Below, piece by piece: positions 52,793 through 62,013 of a stretch of DNA of 64,000 nt (position 1 is the first letter of the stretch; each line of letters starts with the position of its first letter). The position numbers were made by a program, and so were the translations under genes. The notes under the pieces were generated by a model. The model searched no databases and was not told the origin of the DNA. It saw only the letters and a list, made by a program, of their open reading frames with translations. The DNA comes from Chloropicon primus (Eukaryota): NCBI GenBank assembly GCA_023205875.1, contig CP060759.1, forward strand, positions 744,001 through 808,000. The letters run 5' to 3'.

Positions 52793-54409
52793 ATGTTTCT
52801 GTTCGACCTGGGCCTGACGGGTCCCAACCTGTCCAGCGTGCACGACGGGTACGTGATCGCGTTGCAGTTGCTAATTTATCTGGCGGTTGGGCTCTCCGTT
52901 CTCGTGGCCGCGGACAGGATCGTCCACGTGTTCCAGTACGTGTACTGGCAGAACTGCCACAAGTTCCGGGTTAAGAAGCCGGAGGACCGGTACGTGTTCG
53001 CGGACCTGCCGGACATCACCGAGTCCGGGAGCAAGTACCCGAACGTCGCGGTGCAGCTGCCCATGTTCAACGAGCGGGCGGTGTGCCAGCAGATCATCGA
53101 CTGCGTGTGCGAGATGACCTGGCCGGACAGCCGGGTGTACGTCCAGATCCTCGACGACTCGACGGACGAGATCACCAGGAATCTCGTGGACGAGAAGGTC
53201 CTGGAGTGGAAGGAGAGGGGCAGGAAGATCGAGGCGATCAGGCGGACCAACAGGCAGGGCTACAAGGCCGGAGCCATGAAGGAGGCCATGGACGCCGTGG
53301 AGGGCTACGACTACATCGCGGTCTTCGACGCGGACTTCCAGCCGAGCCCGGACTTCCTGCTGCAGACGATACCCTACCTGGAGGGGAACTCGGACGTGGG
53401 GTACGTCCAGACGAGGTGGACTTTCCTGAACCCGAACGAGTCGTACCTCACCAAGGCCCAGGAGATTTCCCTCAACTTCCACGTCAAGTGCGAGCAGTAC
53501 GTCCACTTTGCGTCCGGGTCCTTCTTCAACTTCAACGGCACGGCTGGGGTGTGGAGGAGGGAGTGCATCAAGAGCGCGGGAGGCTGGGACGCGAGGACGA
53601 CCGTGGAGGACATGGACCTCTCCCTCAGGGCGTACCTCAAGGGGTGGAAGGCCGTGTTCCTCAAGGACGTGACTTGCAAGAACGAGCTCCCCTCCTCGTT
53701 CTTCGCGTACAGGAAGCAGCAGCACAGGTGGTGCTGCGGGCCCATGCAGCTGTGGCTCAAGGCCTCCAAGGGCATCTGGAGGTCCAAGCTCCCTTGGTAC
53801 AAGAAGATCTACCTGAACTTCTGCTACTTTGGGGTCAGGAAGTTCGGGACCCACCTGGTGACCCTCGGGTTCTTCTGCACCCTGGTGCCCCTGTCCATCT
53901 TCACCCCGGAGGTCCACGTGCCTTTCTGGGCCCTCGTATGGCTCCCGATCGCCATCGCGATAAGCACGGCGGCGTTCACCCCGAGGGGCTGGCTGCATTG
54001 CGTCATCTACGTTCTCTTCGAGAACGCGATGGGCATCGTCAGGCTGTGGGCCGTCATCTCCGGGCTTCTCAACTTGAAGAGAGCCAAGGAGTGGGTCGTC
54101 ACGACGAAGATGGGGTCCTCCGACTCGAGGCCCGCCACGGGGCAGCCCCCGCCGGGGCTGAGGACGTGCAAGCTCTACACGGGGGAGTTCATCATGTCCC
54201 TCTTCGTGCTGTTCGCGGCCGTCTACGGCATCTTTGCCGTGCACAGGTGGGACTTCTCCATCTTCCTGTCCCTGCAGGGCCTCGCATTCCTTGCCTTTGG
54301 GCTCAACCTCGTGGACATGGACGCACTCCTCGGAACCTTCCACAAGAAGCAGGACAACTCCAGCGTCGCGATGACCCAGTTGAAGAGGACGAAGACGAGC
54401 CCGTTCTAG
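52793..54409 (+). CDS. Cellulose-synthase-like GT2 beta-1,4-glycan synthase (CSLA/CSLC-related, chlorophyte CSLK type)
   Basis: VQLPMFNE, QILDDSTD, GYKAGAM, FDADF, FNGTAGVWR, TVEDMDL, QQHRW, EWVVTTK. Confidence 0.93.
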   Translation: MFLFDLGLTGPNLSSVHDGYVIALQLLIYLAVGLSVLVAADRIVHVFQYVYWQNCHKFRVKKPEDRYVFADLPDITESGSKYPNVAVQLPMFNERAVCQQIIDCVCEMTWPDSRVYVQILDDSTDEITRNLVDEKVLEWKERGRKIEAIRRTNRQGYKAGAMKEAMDAVEGYDYIAVFDADFQPSPDFLLQTIPYLEGNSDVGYVQTRWTFLNPNESYLTKAQEISLNFHVKCEQYVHFASGSFFNFNGTAGVWRRECIKSAGGWDARTTVEDMDLSLRAYLKGWKAVFLKDVTCKNELPSSFFAYRKQQHRWCCGPMQLWLKASKGIWRSKLPWYKKIYLNFCYFGVRKFGTHLVTLGFFCTLVPLSIFTPEVHVPFWALVWLPIAIAISTAAFTPRGWLHCVIYVLFENAMGIVRLWAVISGLLNLKRAKEWVVTTKMGSSDSRPATGQPPPGLRTCKLYTGEFIMSLFVLFAAVYGIFAVHRWDFSIFLSLQGLAFLAFGLNLVDMDALLGTFHKKQDNSSVAMTQLKRTKTSPF

Positions 54410-54569
54410 ATCTCGCGCGCAAGTCAAGAGGGCCTCGCTCTTGAAAAAAGCTTTCATTACACAGAAGAGGGAATGCAACTCAGTTCACTCACCGAGGGCA
54501 GCAGGGCTCGACGAGCGAGGCCTTGACGCGCCGTCGAGCTCTGGTTGCGGACGCTATTAATATGATTCT

Positions 54570-55084
54570 TTACTCTGGCTTACCACCAGGAACAAGCTGT
54601 ACACAGATGGTTTGAAAAGCAATTGTAATCGAAGTTAGTTCAGTGTACCCCACGCCCAGAGGAATACAAAAACAAAAACAAAAACGATTCTCTCGTCGAG
54701 ACCGGACCCCGGTGCACACGACGACGGAAAGGGAAGGCCACTCACCATAGCGACGTTGTTCCCGTTCAGCAGGATCGTGTCTAGACTCGTTGTGTTGCAC
54801 CCCTCTGGAGTGAAGTCGCTGCGGAAGCAGAAGAAGGAAGTCAACCCGTCAGCAAACCAGACGTGTTGTCCGCGCGAGCGAGAAGGATGCACTTACTACT
54901 CCGTGACGTCCTCCAGCACCATGTTCACATACAAATCGAAGCCCTTGAGAGTTCCCACGAGCTCCCTCTCGTTCTTCAGGATCACCCAAAGTTTCGAACC
55001 GATGCATTTGTCCATGAGTTCGGATGGCATCAAGTGCGATGGGTTGTGCGCCGACGTCCCCGTCCCTTTCTTCGTCGCAAACAT
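54570..55084 (-). CDS. LSM5: Sm-like protein LSM5; exons 55084-54897, 54818-54746, 54596-54570
   Basis: [41 protein letters not shown]...[18 protein letters not shown]; two in-frame introns. Confidence 0.95.
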
Positions 55085-55421
55085 GGTCTCTCCCTCCAAA
55101 TCACACTGCAAAAGCAAAAGCGAAATAACCTCTATCAGTTCGATAATCCTCCCCACGCCATCCGACTCGCCCACCGAGAGGGGTCCGCAGAAGGAGCAAG
55201 ACACCACGCTTCCCCACGAGGTCTTCCCCCTTCCTCCGTCCTCGCCCCCTCCTTCTCCCTCGCAAACTCACCGTCTCGTCAAGAGCTTTTCCTACCAAGT
55301 AAGGGTATCGACGGAATCCCCTGGATGTCTATTTTCCCGTGACAGACGTCTCCTCCCCCCTTCCCCTCGTCCCCAGCCCCTCTCGTCCTCGAAACACTCC
55401 CCTCTCCAAACCCAACCCCCT

Positions 55422-55456
<35 letters not shown>

Positions 55457-55722
55457 GAGGCGGGAAATTTCCTTTAGCTTCGCTCTCCGCTGCTCAGCCG
55501 CCGACGGAGAAGGTCTCTGCCTCTGCAGACTGGTGGAAGAGGATCGGGCGAGGACGAGGGAGTCGAGGACGAGGGCGGGAACGAAGGCCAAGGAAAGTGG
55601 TATTGAACAAAAGTACGTTTCAAGGGCTTTCGATTGATCGGTTTGTGGAGGGATTTGACGCGTTGTGTGGTGCAGGAGCGAAGGTTGAAGCTTGTGAGGA
55701 GAAGAGGGGAAAGAGAGAAAAG

Positions 55723-56334
55723 ATGGAGGCCGAGGGAGAGAGGGGGGGCGGTGGGGCGAGCGGGAGTCGTTTCGAGGAAGGAAGTTACGTGCCGGAGCAG
55801 TACGACCCGATGGAGAACGAGAGTCAGCACGACTTCAGGAGTCTGGAGGACCGCGGTTCGAAGGAGAAGATGGGTTGGCGCGTGCAGACTCGCAAGCGAA
55901 GGAGGGAGGAGTTCGCGCAGAAGGAGAAGGAGAGGCCCGCCGTGGAGGCCGTGCAGGACACCACGACGAAGAAGATCAGGACGAGCTCGACGGTCGGAAA
56001 GGAGTCCGGTCGGTCGTGGAAACACAAGAACACGTCTCGCTCAAGCTCGCAGAACCAGTCCATGCCCAAGGCGAGCTGGGACGAGAAGATGCGGAAGAAG
56101 AGGGAGCTGGCCTCCTGGAAGCAGCAACGCAATGCCTTGAAGGAGGAGGTGAAGGAGGCTCACAGAGCCGAGAGGCAGAGGAGGGAGGAGAAGAGGAAGC
56201 TCAAGGAGGAGAACTCCAAGAGAACGGGCATCGTGTACCAGAAAATCTCGAACCCGAGGAAGTTGAGGAACATGAGCAAGAAGCAGTTCAAGAACGTCGT
56301 CCTGCGCACCGCCGACTTGCCCAAGTCCAAGTGA
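55723..56334 (+). CDS. Cgr1/CCDC86-like nucleolar protein
   Basis: SGRSWK, SWDEKM.KK, EENSKR..VYQKISNPRKLRNMSKKQ. Confidence 0.78.
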   Translation: MEAEGERGGGGASGSRFEEGSYVPEQYDPMENESQHDFRSLEDRGSKEKMGWRVQTRKRRREEFAQKEKERPAVEAVQDTTTKKIRTSSTVGKESGRSWKHKNTSRSSSQNQSMPKASWDEKMRKKRELASWKQQRNALKEEVKEAHRAERQRREEKRKLKEENSKRTGIVYQKISNPRKLRNMSKKQFKNVVLRTADLPKSK

Positions 56335-56400
56335 CTCGCTTGCTTGCCCCAAATGAATTTATGATTGAATTGTGTAAGTTACAACAATATCCATCTTGTT

Positions 56401-57123
56401 TTACAAGAAGATCAGGCCCGAAGCAGCGAAGGCGCCTCTTGTGAGGAGCATCACGTTCACCAGTCCCGCGGCCGCTCCGGCGAGGACGTCCGAGCAGTAG
56501 TGCCTTCCAAGGACGACCCTGGAGGCGGCCGTGGCCACCGCCCAAAGGAAGACAAGGCACGTGGGCCCCGCTCCCAAATAGAGGGAGCAAAAACAAGCGA
56601 CGTACGTCATCCTCGAGGTGTGACCGCTCGGGAAGGAGAAAGAGTCCACCTTGACTATCGTTTTGTACCCGCCATTCTCTTCGCCTGTGTAATTTGGCCT
56701 GCTCCGACGGAATATTCCTTTGATTGAGCCCACAATCGCAATGTCAAGAATCAAACCCAGAAGGAAGTTCAAGGTCACACTCCGGTGATTTGTATCTGCT
56801 AGGAGAACGGCAAGGGTCGCAGGAAACCAAACCAAACCGCTCCCGAGCCGCTCGAGAGCCACGCTCGCCACGCTCCAATTTTTCCCAGCCACGCTCGCCA
56901 CGCTCGCCTCGTAAATCCTCCGAGACCAGGCCTTGTCCACGACGACGATGGACTCCAAGATACTCTCCTGTCCCCTTCTCCTTCTCCCCTCCCTCTCGCT
57001 CCCTCCCATGCTCCGCCGTCGGTCCATCCCCCCACCTCGCCTTCGGTCCAGCCTCATCCCTCGCCTCCCTCTCCACCGCCGTCCTCCCCCTCTCCACCGT
57101 AACGCCGTTCCCCCCTCCGCCAT
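56401..57123 (-). CDS. PAP2-family lipid/isoprenoid phosphate phosphatase
   Basis: KGIFRRSRP, SFPSGH and SRVVLGRHYCSDV motifs; start codon uncertain. Confidence 0.9.
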   Translation of the reverse strand: MAEGGTALRWRGGGRRWRGRRGMRLDRRRGGGMDRRRSMGGSEREGRRRRGQESILESIVVVDKAWSRRIYEASVASVAGKNWSVASVALERLGSGLVWFPATLAVLLADTNHRSVTLNFLLGLILDIAIVGSIKGIFRRSRPNYTGEENGGYKTIVKVDSFSFPSGHTSRMTYVACFCSLYLGAGPTCLVFLWAVATAASRVVLGRHYCSDVLAGAAAGLVNVMLLTRGAFAASGLIFL

Positions 57124-57202
57124 CCCATCAGGCCGCTCAGCTCGGATTCAGACAACAAACTCTCTCTCTGCGAGGGCGGGCGAGGAAGAGGCCGAGGAAG
57201 GG

Positions 57203-58957
57203 ATGGAGGAGGAAGGGTGTCTCACGAAGGTGACTTGTGGTGCGAACCGCAGGTTGCACATCAGTTGGGGCGCCGGGAATGAGCTGCACCTTTGCGACAT
57301 CGCGCCGACGGGGGTTCCGGCTTCTTCCAGAAGGAAGGACGAGGGGAGCAACCTGACGGTGGTGAAGTGGGGTTGGCAGTCTGGCTCGGAGCGGCGAGTA
57401 TGCTACGACTGCTTGGAGCCCTGGATCGAGATCCAGAAGCAGAGGACGAACGGCCTCGCTGGAGAGGGGAACTGGTGGGCCTCTGTTCTCGAGTACAGCG
57501 AGAGAGTGAGTCAAGTCCTCGGCAGGCAGGACGATCTACGGGTTCCCAGGGAGGTGCCGGCCAACGAGGAGGACATGTGGATAGCAGTCAGGAGGATCGT
57601 GTGGGAGCTTCTGGAGATCTTCTACGTCAGGCCTTCTGCTTCGCTGAGCGCCCAGATCCAAGACTTTTTGGGCTGGCTGCAACGAAACAGTCAGGTGGTG
57701 ATAGGTCTGGACAGGAAGCACGCAAGCGACGTGATCCCGCTGGAGACGATGCTGAGGGGGATATACGAGTGCGAGTTGCCAGAAGAGGAGGAGCAGTATT
57801 GGGCTAGCGTGGAGCTCTTGGTGCTTCTTGGTTTTAACGAGGCGGCGATCGACCTCCTTGGGATACACTCCGCCTGGACCCGCTGGCAGAACAGGGACAC
57901 CGCCGTCAGAGCTCAGTTCGAGATTCTCGAATCCCTCATCACCATTTTGCAGAAGATGCCCCGTCTCGCCGGCTCCAACTCTGCTTCCCTCGGGGTGAAA
58001 GTCTTCAACAACGTGAGCGACTACAACTTGTACAAGTCAAAGTGGTCCCTGGCTTGCAGGCAGCTCCTTCAGAACGAGGTGCTTTGGCAGGAGTGCTCTG
58101 AAAGCAGCGCGAGGACGGCAAAGGGAGCAAAAACGGTCTTGAATGGCCTCCTGGGTCAGGAGACCGCGCTGAGAGACGGAACCAGGGCATGGTCAGAGCT
58201 GCTGTGCGCCCAGCTTTTGCACAGGTACCCCACTATAGAATCGCTCTCCGAGCTGAGCTCGCTCACCGAGTACTGCATGGAGCGTTGCTCCAAGGACTCG
58301 GAGGTGACCGTGGACATCCTTCTGGCGATCTTGAACGACAATGTTCAGGAAGTCATCAGCTTGTCCTCCCAGACGCTTGGCCCGTGGTTTATGGCCCACG
58401 CCCCTGAGTTGATTCTAGCGAGGCCCGGGCAGCGAGAATTGAGGGAGGTGCTCACGCCGATCCAAGGGAGACAGGGCAACCAGTTTGAGTTCTTCGTGCT
58501 TGATTTTGCGGAAGCCCTGATGACGAACCCCTCCATGTGGCAAACGGTCTGCGAGTACTTGGCCTGGTGCCCAACCTGCGGCGAGACGGCCCTTCAAACG
58601 TTTTTGTCTCACTTGCCTCTGACCATCCAAGACGACAAGGCCGCCCTGCTCGCGATGCAGATCGCGAATAAGCACGGGCTGCCAGCCGTGGCCGCTCAGA
58701 TTTCAAGATCCGTGGGCTTGCACAGCTGGTCCAAGGGGCAGAGGGCGAGGGCACTCTTCTGGCTCCGGGGCCACGACGATGTGCTAAAGGTTCTGGAGGC
58801 CACTGGAAGACAAGAGCAGGAGATTAGCCCGGGACAGTGGGAGGACGAGGAAGAGTGTTGGAAGCTGTTGGAGCTCCTGGAGGATATGCCTGACTCCAAG
58901 AAGCACGCTGTCCGGCTAAAACTTGCTCGCAGTATGGCCGAGCACTTCCTTCACTAA
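57203..58957 (+). CDS. NUP85: Nucleoporin Nup85
   Basis: WGAGNEL, WELLEIFY, KMPR, W.ELL...L...P, GPWFMAH, MWQ..CEYLAWCP. Confidence 0.8.
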   Translation: MEEEGCLTKVTCGANRRLHISWGAGNELHLCDIAPTGVPASSRRKDEGSNLTVVKWGWQSGSERRVCYDCLEPWIEIQKQRTNGLAGEGNWWASVLEYSERVSQVLGRQDDLRVPREVPANEEDMWIAVRRIVWELLEIFYVRPSASLSAQIQDFLGWLQRNSQVVIGLDRKHASDVIPLETMLRGIYECELPEEEEQYWASVELLVLLGFNEAAIDLLGIHSAWTRWQNRDTAVRAQFEILESLITILQKMPRLAGSNSASLGVKVFNNVSDYNLYKSKWSLACRQLLQNEVLWQECSESSARTAKGAKTVLNGLLGQETALRDGTRAWSELLCAQLLHRYPTIESLSELSSLTEYCMERCSKDSEVTVDILLAILNDNVQEVISLSSQTLGPWFMAHAPELILARPGQRELREVLTPIQGRQGNQFEFFVLDFAEALMTNPSMWQTVCEYLAWCPTCGETALQTFLSHLPLTIQDDKAALLAMQIANKHGLPAVAAQISRSVGLHSWSKGQRARALFWLRGHDDVLKVLEATGRQEQEISPGQWEDEEECWKLLELLEDMPDSKKHAVRLKLARSMAEHFLH

Positions 58958-59044
58958 GTTTATAACCTTTGTCGTGTATCATATCCGGAACAACTAGTAT
59001 TACAACAAAAGCAGTGTGGGAGGGGAGGGAGTTGGTTCACTTGT

Positions 59045-60104
59045 TTACTTCCTCTTTCCCTTCTTGGTCGGGCTCTTCTTTTTGGGACTCTTCCAAAACG
59101 GCGTTGTGAGCGCGGTTTGGACGCTTTCCACCTGATCTTGCAGTTTCAGGTGCTCGAGCTCGAGGTCCCCGTGCATCCTTGTTCGCTCGTTCAACTGCAT
59201 GATCGCCTTATCGATCTGAGCGCTCAACTCTTCATTCTGTTCCCGAGAAGCAGCCAGCTGCGCTTTCAAATCCTCGTTCAGTTTCTCCAGCTCCTCGTTT
59301 CGGTCTTCCATCTCCCGCAGCGCCGCGTCCTTCTCCCCGATCAGCTCCTCCATCTCGTGCAGCGCACTGTCCTTCTTCTTGATGATGTCCTCCAGCATGC
59401 CGCTGACGAGCGTGAACTGCTCGTCAGCGTCCTTGTCCACTTGCTGGTCCACCAGCGTTTGAGAACGAGGCCGAAAGGAAGGCAAGGAGAAAGACGGCCG
59501 GTGCTTCATCGTAACGGTTGGAGTTGCATCGGCGGCTGGGCTCCCCGGAGAAAGCACGACGACCTCCTCCACACCCAAACCGCTAGTCTCCTTCTTCTCG
59601 CCGCCTGCCCTCACCCTTTCCAGGCAGCTCACCCAGTGCTGGGCGTCCTCCAGCGTCTCGCTTGCAAGGGCGATGCTATCGTCCGAGGTGTGTATGTAGA
59701 ATCCGGTCCAATTTTCATGAGCCTTGAGCTTTGGAAGCAAGCCAACAGTCCTCCACGTGGACGCTGGAACCACACCGCGATACGTGCCAGCCTTCTTCTC
59801 GCTTGCCTTGTAACGAAGGCAGTTGTCAGTCAGTTCGAAGTACCGCTTGTTCCACCTCTGAACGAAAGAGAACAAGGCCAGAGACAAGCGTCAGCGCGGG
59901 GAACAAAAGCAACCAGTACTACCAGACACCCACCTTCATGTACATTGACCTCTTCCACAGATGCCCCTGCATAAGTACGCTGTCGCTCGAGGAGGCCTCC
60001 TCCTCGCACGTCGACAGCGTCTCCTCTTCGACCCTCGAAGAGACGGCCGCCTCCTTCCCTCCGATCGACGCCCTCGCCGCCTCCTCGTCCGTCACTCGGT
60101 CCAT
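59045..60104 (-). CDS. PH-domain plus coiled-coil protein; exons 60104-59934 and 59857-59045
   Basis: MQGHLWKRSMYMK|RWNKRYFEL...LRY...AQHWVSCL; phase-0 intron. Confidence 0.8.
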
Positions 60105-60375
60105 TCTGCTCCCCTCCGGTGCGAAACACGAGCACCCCAACCAACCACCAGGCGCCATTCCCTTCGACAGACAGCTACAACTCTGTTCGAACAGCTCCAC
60201 TTTGGCGCCAGAGCGGAGAGACCCTGAGAGGGAAGGCAGAGGATGCGAGGGGAGGTGGGGGGAAGAAGGGCACACGGAAGCATCACCTCTTTCTCTTCCG
60301 TCTGAGTTTTTGTTCTCTCTCTCTCTCTCAGGTAACGACGCAGGAACGAGGATTGAAGTGACGGAAGAGAGATCG

Positions 60376-61932
60376 ATGAGGTTGCTTGGGATGGAGAGGC
60401 GAGGGGGGTTGGGGTGCGGATGCGTGCCCCGTGGGTGCGAAGGGCACCGGCCCGGGGGGTTGATGCGAGGGTGGAAGCTGCAACGAACCGCAGCCGTCGG
60501 GGCGCGGAGGATATCCAAGACGAAGACGAAGACGAGAATGATGTCATCCTCGAAGGATGTGTTCAGGGACATCCACAGGCCGGGTGACGTGGTGGCGGAC
60601 AACTACAAGGTGCTTGATTTCCTGGGCGACGGGGGGAGCGGCGGGAACTGCTTCGTGGCGGAGCGTCAGTCGGATGGGAAGAGTCTTGCCATGAAGGTGA
60701 TGTCCTTCCGAGGTCTGAAGAGCTGGAAACAGCTTGAGCTGTTCGAGAGAGAGGCCCTCGTGCTGCAGAACTTGAGTCACCAAGGGATTCCGAGGTACAT
60801 AGACTACTTTGAGCTAGATTCCGAGAGCGACAAAAGATTCTACCTGATCCAGGAAATCGCTCCGGGGGTCACGCTGAGGGAGCGCCTAGAGGCGGAGGGA
60901 TGGAGGCCGAGTGAGGCCGAGGTGAAATCGATAGCTTTGCAGTTGCTTGACGTGCTCGAGTACCTCGGATCCCTGCGGCCCCCAGTGGTCCACAGAGATT
61001 TGAAGCCAGACAACATCATCATCGACCAGGCTGGGGGCAACAGAGTTTACCTTGTTGATTTTGGCGGCGTCCAGGCTGCGGCCGCGGGCATGAACTCCGT
61101 CAACAGCACGATCATCGGGACTTTTGGTTACATGGCCCCCGAGCAGTTTGGTGGGTCGGCTGTCAAGGCCACGGACCTTTACGGACTCGGGGCGACCATG
61201 CTGTACCTTCTCAGCGGGAAGCACCCGAACCAGTTTCCTCAAACGAGGCTGAAGATCGACTTCAGTGGCCAGGTCGAAGTGAGCGAGACGATGGGGGACG
61301 TTCTGGAAAGCCTTCTCGAGCCTGCAGCAGAGGATCGCCCCAGCATCCAAGAGGTTCGGTCCTTCATGAGACAGGAGGGCTTGATGAAGCTGAGGACAAG
61401 GACGAGCTACAAGAACGGCAGGGTGAAGATAGAGAGGAGCTTCGCTTCCCTTTCCGTGACGATTCTGCCGGATGGTCCGGGAGGCTCCCTCTCCATGGCC
61501 TCCTTCGCGGTGGCGTGGAACGTCTTCATCTTCATTTGGACGAGAGGGGCTCTTATCAGCGCGGGTCCACTCTTTGCAGCGTTTTCCTTGCCATTCTGGT
61601 TTGCGGGAGCAAACTTGGGCAAGCAGGCGATGCAGAGCTTCCACGACGCGAGGTGCCAAGACGAGCTAATCATCAGGAGGGACGAATATGTGTACGGAAG
61701 GGAGCTGCCAAGATCGGTGACGGGGCGGGGCGGGGAGAACGTGCGCAAGGAGACTAGGGGAAGAAGGAGGGACCTGAAGCTGCTGACGATCAACGAGCTT
61801 TACCGTGCAAATGACCAGGCTGTGGGAGCCGTTGCCCTGAGAGGCTCGGAGGGCAAATTCTTCATCGGCGCAGGTCTCCCCGAGGACGATCTCAAGGTGA
61901 TATACATGGAAATCGAGAGCTTTCTTGACTAG
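60376..61932 (+). CDS. Ser/Thr protein kinase of cyanobacterial (Pkn2-like) type with C-terminal TM segments and transit-peptide-like N-terminus
   Basis: WKQLELFEREA..L..L.H.GIPRYIDY, HRDLKPDN, LVDFG, GTFGYMAPEQF, DLYGLGAT. Confidence 0.9.
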   Translation: MRLLGMERRGGLGCGCVPRGCEGHRPGGLMRGWKLQRTAAVGARRISKTKTKTRMMSSSKDVFRDIHRPGDVVADNYKVLDFLGDGGSGGNCFVAERQSDGKSLAMKVMSFRGLKSWKQLELFEREALVLQNLSHQGIPRYIDYFELDSESDKRFYLIQEIAPGVTLRERLEAEGWRPSEAEVKSIALQLLDVLEYLGSLRPPVVHRDLKPDNIIIDQAGGNRVYLVDFGGVQAAAAGMNSVNSTIIGTFGYMAPEQFGGSAVKATDLYGLGATMLYLLSGKHPNQFPQTRLKIDFSGQVEVSETMGDVLESLLEPAAEDRPSIQEVRSFMRQEGLMKLRTRTSYKNGRVKIERSFASLSVTILPDGPGGSLSMASFAVAWNVFIFIWTRGALISAGPLFAAFSLPFWFAGANLGKQAMQSFHDARCQDELIIRRDEYVYGRELPRSVTGRGGENVRKETRGRRRDLKLLTINELYRANDQAVGAVALRGSEGKFFIGAGLPEDDLKVIYMEIESFLD

Positions 61933-62013
61933 AACCACTGATGAAGTATGTTATGCTACAAAATAAAAATAAGAGAAACTGCTTGGCTTGCAATTACGTT
62001 AGAGAGAGCTACC

